Under the pieces are notes generated by a model. That model ran no database searches, was not told where the DNA came from, and saw only the letters and a program-made list of their open reading frames with translations. Positions 21,445 through 31,673 of a stretch of DNA of 42,957 nucleotides are shown here, piece by piece. The first letter of the stretch is position 1. Each line of letters opens with the position of its first letter. This DNA is from Thraustochytrium aureum. Taxonomy: Eukaryota. The DNA lies in assembly GCA_012862495.1 (NCBI GenBank), contig BLSG01000120.1, positions 1 to 42,957 of the forward strand, written 5' to 3'. The position numbers and the translations under genes were made by a program.

Positions 21445-22168
21445 ATCACTTTGTCGGAAGTAACAAATTCGTGGAGCGCAACGCTGTTCGCTCTCATTTC
21501 CAAGCAGACAGTTCATCAGAAAACGTAGCTTCCTGGGAGGCTCTCGTTGTGCGATGCGCTCAACAGTCGTCAGTCTGGGCAGGCTCTGGACCATGAAATT
21601 GCCACATATTTTTCAACGTCACCCGACTTGTCTCGATTACTCCATGTAGTTGGGTGCTACGACCGGTACTCGAGTACGCTACGAGTAAGTACATACTGTA
21701 TGCGCTAAAAGACGGGAGGCGTGACCTCAATCAAAAGAAAACGGCGCTGCCAAACCTATGATCTCAAAACCAGCGTCACCCAGTCCTGCGCAGAACCCGG
21801 CTCAACCTTTGGAGTCGGGACCTTTGGAGTCGGGCGCTTGAAGACACCACGGCTGGGCTTTGGCTGGCCAATCTCGAGGTCTTGCGATTACCCCAACGCG
21901 AGCTAGCCTACGAGTAGGTAACTCGAACCCAGTCCCGTGTAAGCAAGATCAAGTCCTGGCCGGGCAGAGCGACGACTCGCAGAACCTCCAGCGCAACCGC
22001 GGTCCGACGGTCCGATGCCACCACGCCCAATGGCCTCCCTCGAGTCTGGACAAGGACGTCATGGACGATTCCCTGCTCTTTCACAACACAACATCAGCAC
22101 AGAATTCAGAACAGAACAGAGTCGGTCAACGATCTTGTGCGTGCTGGCGCGACGCGGTGTGGTTCGCG

Positions 22169-25100
22169 ATGCGCTGGTCGCTTTGGCAGGGGTTTCTTGT
22201 CGCATTGTGCGGCCTCGCAGCTGCAGCTGAGGCGCAAAGTGCCCAGCGCGCCGCAATCCAACCACGGCGGGCGGCCAACAGCGACGATGTGACGCTCGTC
22301 GCGCACGTGTTCGTGGGCGGCCAAGCCGTGGAGGCGGCCCTTGTGAGCGACTCGGTTCTGACAAGGTTTGCCGACCTCGCATGCCATGGCGCGTGCGGGA
22401 CGCTGGGCAAGGTGAACAGCGCGGTGCTGGCCCGGTTGCCGGCCGGCGACGCTCGCTGCACACACACGAGCAGCGCAGGCGACTGCGAGGTGACGTTCGC
22501 CGACGGGACGCAAGGCACTTGGGTCACCGGGAACATTTCGTTTGCGCCAGGCATGACCGGGTCGGCGGCTGAGTTTGTCGCTGTGCAGCTGAGCAGTCTC
22601 TCCGTGGCAAGCCGGGTGAACCAGATTTCGCTGCAGGTCGTTGAAAGCGGCGCATGGAGCAGCCCCGTCTTGTCCATGTGCTTGCCCGCGGCTGCTTGTA
22701 CTTCCGTGCCAGACTCGCGAACTTGCCCAAACGGGACNNNNNNNNNNNNNNNNNNNNNNNNNNNNNNNNNNNNNNNNNNNNNNNNNNNNNNNNNNNNNNN
22801 NNNNNNNNNNNNNNNNNNNNNNNNNNNNNNNNNNNNNNNNNNNNNNNNGGCACGCAGCTTCGATATGCACTGCTTGAACGCCTTGAGGGCGCGGTGGGCA
22901 TCGCCACACAGCTTGACGGAGCGTCCTTTGGAGACGGGTCGGCGCTTGTCGCGTTCCCGGCGCACCAGATGGAGGTCTCTTTCACGGTGTTCGGCAGTAA
23001 ACTGCATGAGAGCGCCTTCGGTCCGCTTGTAGCAGCCCTCGACAAGGCGTGTGGCCTGGCAGCTGGCGGCTGCCTCTTGGGCAAGACGACAAAGGCCGGC
23101 AAATTGTGCTTCGATACACCGGCAGGCGGTGCCGCGGCGTTCCCGGAGCAACTAGTGCTTTCTCTGCACGGCCTCGACTTGAGAATAAATCGCGCCAGGT
23201 ACTTGGAGGCAGGCAGCGCGGGCCAAACCTGCCTGTCGCTGGCCAAACAGGAGCCGGGCAAGCCGTTCAGTACGCTCGGCGTTGACCTTTTGCTCGGCGG
23301 CTTGGCCGTCGTTGACTTTAGCCTTGCCGTGCTGGGCATCGCGCAAGGCGTGAGGTGCGAAGAGTCGCACGACGCCGACACCGCGAGTAACCCAGGGGGC
23401 AGCGTATTGCTCACGAACGGGATGCCTCTGCTCGGCTCCGTGGGAGCAGACAGGTATGCGTTTTTTGCGTTTCCTCTGGCTGGCTTGGGCAGCGCCGACG
23501 ACGTAGTTATCAGCGTTTCCACGCTGTCTGGCGACTCGGACTTGTTCGCCTCCACGTCGCGCGCTCGGCCGACGCGCGAACCAGGCGCGCACGACGTGAG
23601 CTCGCAATTGAGTGTCCAGAACGACTACCTCGTCTTGCCTGCCAGTACCCTCGCCAACGCACGGGCCGCCACAGTGTTTATCAGCGTTTTCGGGTACCAC
23701 TCGGAGTCGAAGTTTAGCATCGTTGCCTTCAGCACGTCCGAGTCGACGTATATTTCCTTGCTGAGCGGGATTCCAGTCGTCGCGAAAGGCCACACGGGTC
23801 ATGGCGACGGCGTGGCCGCGGAGCGGACGCTGCACTTTCGCTACTCTCCGACAACGTCGGCGGCAAACGCGTCGGCGCCAACGAGACAGATCCAGTTCTC
23901 CCTGTCACCGAGCGGCGGGGACGGTGATATCTACGTTGCGGCTATACCGCGCGCGGTGCAAAGTGAACTCTCACAGTTTCCAAAGCGCGAGAACGCCACC
24001 AGCTTTGGGTTTTGGTCAAACGCGTCGGGGTCCAACGTGGATGAAATCGTCGAGATCCCGGGCGAGCTTGCGAACAGCAACGACTTCCTCGCCACAGTGT
24101 ACACTTATTCGCCCGACACATCCTTCACTGTAACTGCCCGCAACAGTGCAGCGGTGATTCTGCTGCAGCCAGGCCAGCCTGTTCGCGCCACCGTTCGCGC
24201 TGGGGAGTACAGGTACTACTCCGTCGCGGCCGTACCAGGTAGCGCAGTCAAGATCGATGTGACCTCGTTCGGGACAGGTGACGCCGATGTATACGCTGGC
24301 TGCCACGCGCTGCCGAGCGGAACGGATCAAGGCAAGCCATCCGAGCGCACTTTCGTTTGGAAGTCGAGTTTCTCGACGACTGTGGACTCGATCTCAGTAG
24401 GCCCTGATGATCCGCGAGCGTGCTGGGCAGCCACGTCAGGCAGCGGCATCGGGTCTCTTCTGTACGTCGCAGTCAAGGGGTACAAGGAGACAGCGTTTTC
24501 GATTGTCGCAGGCACGGGACCTGCGAACGGACTCGCAACTCTTCGGGAAGCGAAGGCGCAACTTGGCGTCGCCCCTCGGCACGGCTACGCGTACTACAGC
24601 TTTCACGTCCCGCCCCGTACGCGCTCGGTCGTAGTTCGCTGCACGCCTACCGCAGGGCGTGGTGCTGGGGTCGCCGTCTTTGTATCTTCCCGCTATTCGG
24701 CCGATCGCGGTGCACGGACTCGGGCATCGCCATGCGATAGCACGTCGGACAAGGTTCCCTGCGATAAATGGGACGGCGGGTGTCGCTGTTCGACGCTGGG
24801 TCCGAGGGGCTTGCACGGCTACTTTCCAGGGTGCGCCAAGTTTTCGCAAAACCGGGATGTGGCGAACGGCGTCCCGATCTGCTACGTCGAGGACCCGGAG
24901 AGCTGCCTCGCGCCGCAGCCCTACGTGCTGGCCTCCACGATCGCCGAGGGTGTCACTAATAAAGTGAAAAGGTGCAACCCGGCGGCGATGGCGGATTTTC
25001 AGCTGCCCACGCGCGACCTCCCGCAGTCGTTCAACTGGTCTGCCCCGGCGCCAGCAGAGATCCTCATCAACGACACCGACACGCTCGGCTCGCACTTTCT

Positions 25101-27219
25101 TACCATTGCCGTGTACGCGGCAACGCGGGACGCCGAATTTACAATCCAGGCGGAGGCGTACGAGGGAAAAGGCTCTGGCCAAGGGAGCGACCGTGACGCG
25201 AACCTGGTGGAGCTCGCGAGCGGTGTCTCAACTGCGCCCGAGTCTCTTCGTGCTGGGTCGAAGCGGTATTTCTCGTTCAAGCTTGGCGCGCAGGAGTTCG
25301 TGGACTCGCACGTGGGATTGCACGTCGAGGCGAGCGTGGGCGCAGTTGAGGTGCTGGTCGGGCGCGAAGGCCGACTGGTTTCCGCAAGCGACAAGATATG
25401 GGCTGGACGAGGCCAGAGCGTTCGAATTTGGATTGACCTCAGCGATCCTTGCTCTGCTCAAGGCAAGGGCGTTTCGGTGAGTGACCAGTGCAGCCCTAGT
25501 GTAGTCCGCGACCCAAAGGTTGGTGATGGCCGATTTTTCGTCGCTGTGCATGAAGTAGAGGCCGTGGGAGGGCGCCGGGGGGCCGTTTTCACAGTCCTGG
25601 CTTGGGTTGCGGGTCGTCCCGTGCTCCTTCGACAGGGCGAAGAGCACCATGACGTGGTGCGAGCGCAGGCGGAGCACCACCCGCAGAGCCTCTTTGTCTT
25701 TGGCACGGAGGGCGCCGCTCTCGGCACAGGGGGCTACCGGATGTCGTTCGCATCGAGCACGAGGGCGAACCTCCGAGCGGTACNNNNNNNNNNNNNNNNN
25801 NNNNNNNNNNNNNNNNNNNNNNNNNNNNNNNNNNNNNNNNNNNNNNNNNNNNNNNNNNNNNNNNNNNNNNNNNNNNNNNNNNNNNNNNNNNNNNNNNNNN
25901 NNNNNNCAAGTACGGCGAGGCAACCGAGCTTGTCCTGGACGAGGTGAGCGCGCTCCGCAAGGCCGACTTTCTGGAAGCCCGTGCAAACGCGACGCTGTTT
26001 CTGGCGGCGCGAGTTGTCTCCGGCGGGCTCAGCCCGACCGAGTGCGCGGCGGAGGTTCCGCTCACGATTTCGTACACCTCGGACAGCTCGATGAGCATTG
26101 TTTCGGCAAAGTGCTGGAAGAACTCTTCGGCCCTGGGGCTCTGCACGGTCGGCGGAGAGGAGCCGCGCATCGCGAAGCGCACCGAGCTTTTCGAATCGAC
26201 GCACTACGACGCAGGGATCCGCGTGGAAGCTTGCCGCGGGGTGTGGCTGTTTCGGCGTGCTGGATACCCTTTAGCTCGTCTGGCAAGGCAACCACTTTCT
26301 GCTCCGTGCCGGAGCCAGGTCGGAAGGGGACCATGTGGTCGGCGTCGACGCACGGAGCCGGAGCTGTGGAGCGCGAGCGCAGTCCGTCAACGCCACACCC
26401 GATGATATTTCCATCTCCGTGCGGGAAGATGCCAAGTACGTGCCAACGCCCTCCACGTACCGGTTGTTCCTCTCGCATGTAGGGCGACTGATCCGGCCCG
26501 GCCAGGACCGCGCCGAGGTTGCCTGGGGCGCGGGCGGCTCGCGTCTTGATGTCTCAGTGCCCGATGGCGCGCTCGCCATGCTAGACGGCGGCGGCGGTCT
26601 TGACGTCGCCGCTGTACATCTCCGAGTGTTCTGGTGGGACCCGCGGCGCGTCCCCGCTTGGGCAGTGCATACGACAGCGTGCGGGCTGCGAGAAATGGAG
26701 CGCGGAGGAGTCGCCCTCAGTGCGCCTTGTGAGTTCCCGCGCTGCACGCTTGAGGCCGGTCGGCTTGGCGAGGGAGTCAGCGAGGCAAATGGAGACCAAG
26801 TGTGGGTCGCGATAGTCGCATCGTGTTCCGCTCAGGACCTGTGCGGGAAGGGCATTCCTGCGCACGAGATGGCGCTGCCTTTCGAGAGGCTGTGGAGGGC
26901 CGGCGTGGCGGGCGGGGACGGGGACGCTGACCGGCGCTCTGGGAAGACCGAGAGCCCGACGGTGTTGTTTGTTGTTCTGGGTGTGGTTGTGCTTCTGGTT
27001 GTTGTTTTGGGGGTAGTGGTGAAAAGGGCAGCACGCCGAGAACGCCGGTTGGCGCTGCGGCTTGAATACGAGTTGCATGATGCACGCAACATGGCGAGGA
27101 CCTCGGAAGCTGGCAGGGCCTTTACGCAAGGTAGTGCGTTTAGTGAGGGCCTTGTGAGGGAAGACGCGGGCCTCCTCGCGGACGCGAACAGCGAGGGAGA
27201 GTACGCGGCAATATTTTGA
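22169..27219 (+). CDS. Large type-I membrane protein: signal peptide, degenerate pepsin-like domain, PPC-like beta-sandwich repeats, TM helix, short tail (two gaps and frameshifts near 26240-26390)
   Basis: Signal peptide MRWSLWQGFLVALCGLAAAAEA; pepsin-fold-like motifs; repeated SGDSDLFAS / GDGDIYV / GDADVYAG units; TM VLFVVLGVVVLLVVVLGVVV followed by KR; stop at 27219. Joining the ORF segments into one gene is inferred. Confidence 0.7.
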
Positions 27220-27450
27220 GGTCAGCACCGGTGCTTCGAGCCGACGCTGCTCGTGCAGAAAGAGACAAACCGCCGGCTTGCTGTTCGCTGCTCATCGCTT
27301 TGTTTTGTATGAACAAAATAGCAAGAGCCTTCCTTCCAGCCCGCTTGTTGGTTGGCCTGTGGGTTCGATCGATGCTGAAATGAAATGAAATGAAATCGGT
27401 TCGGAGTTTGAATTTCAAAACCAAAGAAAAGCTCTCTGCGAAGCGCTTTT

Positions 27451-28770
27451 TCACGCGCCGTCCCACCGGACTGCGGCCTCGGCCACCCCTGCCGCCTCCG
27501 CTCGCACCTGCGCGGGGGCTGCGAGCTGGTCGATCCAGTCTACCGGCATGGGTTTCGCGCCGATCCTCGCGCCGATGATTGCGCCTAGAACAGCGCCGCG
27601 TGCGGTAGAGTGGCCCCCGAGCAGAGCGTTGGCGCGAAGCGCCCCCTTGATGTCGTCCTTGAACTTGGCGGCAAGGAACAAAACCGCCGCCAGGGCTTGT
27701 TCCACGTAGCAAGCGCTGCTGAGGCGCGCTTTGCCCACGCTCCAGCCCACCGCGTCGTGGAGGTCTACGTCCTGGTCGATGAACTCGTNNNNNNNNNNNN
27801 NNNNNNNNNNNNNNNNNNNNNNNNNNNNNNNNNNNNNNNNNNNNNNNNNNNNNNNNNNNNNNNNNNNNNNNNNNNNNNNNNNNNNNNNNNNNNNNNNNNN
27901 NNNNNNNNNNNNNNNNNNNNNNNNNNNNNNNNNNNNNNNNNNNNNNNNNNNNNNNNNNNNNNNNNNNNNNNNNNNNNNNNNNNNNNNNNNNNNNNNNNNN
28001 NNNNNNNNNNNNNNNNNNNNNNNNNNNNNNNNNNNNNNNNNNNNNNNNNNNNNNNNNNNNNNNNNNNNNNNNNNNNNNNNNNNNNNNNNNNNNNNNNNNN
28101 NNNNNNNNNNNNNNNNNNNNNNNNNNNNNNNNNNNNNNNNNNNNNNNNNNNNNNNNNNNNNNNNNNNNNNNNNNNNNNNNNNNNNNNNNNNNNNNNNNNN
28201 NNNNNNNNNNNNNNNNNNNNNNNNNNNNNNNNNNNNNNNNNNNNNNNNCGTGTCGTTGTGCGCGAGCAGCTGCGCAGCGTCGTCCGCAGCGGGAGCTGTG
28301 GTCATGTACGCGGAAAGGCGCGCCAGAAACTCGCGCGGGTCGTAGGTGTCGCGGCCTGCGGCCTCGCCGAGGTACCGCATCAGGAGTCGTGCGATTGCGG
28401 CGTTCGCGGTGTTTTGGCCCCGCGCAAGGCTTTGGTGGTAGTGGGCGCGTTCGTTCTCGGGGCGCCCCAAGTAGTTGCCGTGCGAGTCGGAGTGCGCCAT
28501 GATAGTTGCCTCGTCTAGCTTGCCACCAAGGCTGCGGCCCTCGTAAAAGCCAGCTTTGTCATGCAGGATGTCGATGGTTCCGTCGTAGGTCATCCCGCTA
28601 AGCATCGACTCGGGGTGAGTGCGCTTGGGCCCCATGACCTCGTGCACGTCCCCGTAGTCTTGCTCGAGCTTGTCCACATCATAGTACCAGTGCACGGGCA
28701 TCGCAAGGGCATCCCCAAGAACGAGCCCGAGCAGCGCTCCGCTCACGCGGTCCCCAACAAGCTCGGCCAT
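27451..28770 (-). CDS. ADP-ribosylglycohydrolase (ARH/DraG-fold) family protein (gap inside)
   Basis: N-terminal DRVSGALLGLVLGDALAMPVHWYYD; C-terminal ACYVEQALAAVLFLAAKF...ALRANALLGGHSTARGAVLGAIIGARIG...PVDW. Confidence 0.88.
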   Translation of the reverse strand: MAELVGDRVSGALLGLVLGDALAMPVHWYYDVDKLEQDYGDVHEVMGPKRTHPESMLSGMTYDGTIDILHDKAGFYEGRSLGGKLDEATIMAHSDSHGNYLGRPENERAHYHQSLARGQNTANAAIARLLMRYLGEAAGRDTYDPREFLARLSAYMTTAPAADDAAQLLAHNDTXXXXXXXXXXXXXXXXXXXXXXXXXXXXXXXXXXXXXXXXXXXXXXXXXXXXXXXXXXXXXXXXXXXXXXXXXXXXXXXXXXXXXXXXXXXXXXXXXXXXXXXXXXXXXXXXXXXXXXXXXXXXXXXXXXXXXXXXXXXXXXXXXXXXXXXXXXEFIDQDVDLHDAVGWSVGKARLSSACYVEQALAAVLFLAAKFKDDIKGALRANALLGGHSTARGAVLGAIIGARIGAKPMPVDWIDQLAAPAQVRAEAAGVAEAAVRWDGA

Positions 28771-29069
28771 CTCGCGTCTCCGCGTTTCTTGTCTGGGCCA
28801 GATTGCATCTCGGCGAAGAAGCCCTGGAGCTTGGCGAGTCTCGGAATTACCGTGGCCAGAATCCGTCCCGGGGCAACAATCGCGCCTCTTGATGATCATG
28901 TCGGGAAGAAAACCCTCATGAATGGCACGGACGCAGCAGCCGCTGGCAGCCAGGAGCGACAACAGCGAGCCTTGCGACCTCCGGGTCGGGGGCCATCACC
29001 AACATCAACAACTCCACCAGGTCTCGTGTTCTCCCAGATCGATCGATCCTCCTTACCCAACTCTGCTCT

Positions 29070-29202
29070 CCTTAACCAACTCCCTCCGCCTTAACGCTCG
29101 CCTTAACTTACCCCGCCTTAACGCTCGCCTTAACCAATCCCCCGCCTTAAACATACGCGCCTCTCCGCCTTAACAACAAAAACTCCTTACAATTGGCCTT
29201 AA
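29070..29202. repeat. (CG)CCTTAA(C) motif array in the divergent ARH / NAC-beta intergenic region
   Basis: CCTTAA at 29070, 29089, 29101, 29116, 29128, 29145, 29168 and 29197. CCGCCTTAACGCTCGCCTTAAC occurs twice. Confidence 0.85.
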
Positions 29203-29531
29203 TCGCCAAACCCAAAGCCGCCGACCCCTCTCGGCACTCCCGCGGCCGCCCACCACCACCCATCCACCGCATCAACTCTTGACATCCAATACCCCCGCGG
29301 CGCGGCCCTTGAACCCCAATACCCGCAGCGGCCCTCCATCCGCAACCCTAGCCCTAGGCGATCCCGCCTGCTTGCGCGCGCGTTGGCGGGTGGATCCCGC
29401 AGCAGGGGGGCACCAGCGGGGGGGCAGCCAGCGCACGTGGAGCATACAAGGACGGGGCAGGAGGGAGGGAGCGGGCGGCGCGTAGAAGCGTATCGAGTGG
29501 CGTGCGGTGCAGCAGAGCGGGGCAGGGCGGT

Positions 29532-29586
29532 GCGTGGCGTGGCGTGGTGTGGCGTGGCGTGGCGTGGCGTGGTGTGGCGTGCGTGG
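29532..29586. repeat. (GCGTG/GTGTG)n microsatellite
   Basis: About 10 tandem pentamers. Other simple repeats: (TAGG)n ~4702-4717, (TGC/TGA)n ~7748-7803, (TGAAA)4 27376-27395, (GCAG)n ~36490-36540, CAG-rich 42912-42953. Confidence 0.85.
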
Positions 29587-29866
29587 CCGTTGCCTTGCGT
29601 TTGTTTTTGGCTTTTGCGCGCGTCGAGCGAACGGGGAGGTGNNNNNNNNNNNNNNNNNNNNNNNNNNNNNNNNNNNNNNNNNNNNNNNNNNNNNNNNNNN
29701 NNNNNNNNNNNNNNNNNNNNNNNNNNNNNNNNNNNNNNNNNNNNNNNNNNNNNNNNNNNNNNNNNNNNNNNNNNNNNNNNNNNNNNNNNNNNNNNNNNNN
29801 NNNNNNNNNNNNNNNNNNNNNNNNNNNNNNNNNNNNNNNNNNNNNNNNNNNNNNNNNNNNNNNNNG

Positions 29867-30838
29867 GAGGCGCGCGAGCGCCTCAAGGCGCGCTTTGGAG
29901 GCGGGGTAAGTGCGGATGCGGCGCGGGAGAGGGTGGAGGGGGGCGTGGACGCGCGGGGAGGTGGCGGAGGATGAGGCGCAGGGCCGGCGAGGCGGGAGAT
30001 GGAAGATACGAGTCCGTCGTTTGGCGGTCGTGGCACGCCGAACGCCGCCGGCGTCGGGGCGCTGGCTGGCTGGCTGGCTACCTGGATGGCTGGCTACCTG
30101 GATGGTTGGGCTGGGACGCGGAGGACGCGCAGCATTTGCTGTTCTCGTCTGTTGCCGTTCTCAGGTTTTCTACCCTGCCGCCGCGCCGTCGTTCCAGGAG
30201 AACGCGCTCCTCTGGCTTGCCAGCGACGCAGGTGACCAGCTGGCCTTGCGCACGGCAGGGCCGGCTCGCCGGCCGGGGCATGTGCTGCGTCGTTGGTTTG
30301 AGTGGTGGTGGTGTTCGGAATCGAGAAAGAGGGGGCGGTTTGCGGGGGTGGCGCTTCCGTACATCTTGCCTGGACCGCAGTTCGCTGACCCGGCTCGTTT
30401 CAAATGTTTCCCCAGGCTGCCCGCGTCGGTGGCAAGGGCTCCGCCCGGCGCGCGACGAAGCCGACCCGCAAGGCTGCCAACGGCGATGACAAGAAGGTCC
30501 AGACCACGATGAAGCGGTTGGGTGTTAACCAGATCGGGTCCATCAGCGAGGTGCAGATGTTCATGGAGGACGACACAGTCAAGGTGTTCGGGGCGGGCGT
30601 GAAGCTGCAGGCCAACATTAGCGCCAACACTTACGTGATTGCGGGGTCGAACACGACCAAACAGGCCAGCGAGGTCGGCGGCATGCCCGGCGGCGGCATC
30701 GACATGGCCGCTCTGCAGCAGATGATCAACGCCAGCAAGATGGAGAGCGCGAAGAACGCCGCTGCTGGCGGTGACGATGACGATGACGACGTGCCGGATC
30801 TCGTCGACAACTTTGAGGAGGTTTCCGAGTCCTCGTAG
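29867..30838 (+). CDS. BTF3: Nascent polypeptide-associated complex beta subunit (NAC-beta); exons ...29867-29905 and 30416-30838; start codon in or before the gap
   Basis: EARERLKARFGGG|AARVGGKGSARR...DDKKVQTTMKRLGVNQIGSISEVQMF...KLQANISANTYVIAG...DDDDVPDLVDNFEE. Phase-0 intron 29906-30415 with a GTAAGT donor, CTGAC branch site and CAG acceptor. Confidence 0.9.
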
Positions 30839-31673
30839 GCAAGGATGTAATGGCAAAGGTTTTCGTATTGCTTTGCGGTTTATTGCCAGCCTTGCCCCTC
30901 GCTCCGGCCAGAACCCGCGAGTCGCCGACCCCAGCGCTCGCCGGACATCCACCTCGCAAGAACGAACAAACAGCTGAACATGGTCGGACTTTGCGATGTG
31001 CACACCAAACGAGTCCTTGAGGCACCAGTGACAACACTTCACAAAAGCGAAGTGGGTGCAGACTCGGGCAAACCATGCGAATCAGCGCCGGTTTGCGATG
31101 GTCTTGGATTCAACACACCACCCTTCGAGCATTTCCGACTCGAAAGTTTACCGGCGCGAGTGGCCAACTCGGAGCGCAGAGGCCCGCCAAGTTCATTTAC
31201 CAATGCTTGCTGGGGCGGGCGAGCGGGCTGGCGGGCGGGCGGGGAGAGAAGGCGACGGGGGACCTGCCTGCCGAGCCAGCGGCCTGTCTCGTCTCCCAAA
31301 AGGGTGGGGAAGTAGGAGCAGGTAGGGTAGGTACTTACGAAAGTAGACCTGCTCTGCTGCAATGCCGTACTCACCCACTAATCCGCTCACAGTCCCTCTG
31401 GCGCAGCAGCCCTCGTCTCACAGACTGATGATCACGGCGCTCGCGGAGTTGTGCACTCCACCTCAGCCCGTGATCCCCCCTGCAGAACAGCAACGCGGCA
31501 GCAGCAGCAGCGCCAGCACCAGCACCAGCACCAGCAGGCGCCACCGTCGCCGCTGGCGCAGAGTGCGGGCAGCGCAAGCAGGAGACAGTCAGTCGACCTC
31601 CTGCCTGAGAAAGCAGCGCCTGCCGCCAGACCTGACACAACGCCGCCTGGTGTCCTCGGGTCCGCACGCAAGA

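Noticed and set aside
21905..21990. B-box-like GGTTCGAGT on the minus strand as a tRNA
   Set aside because: No T-stem pairing, acceptor stem or cloverleaf could be built.
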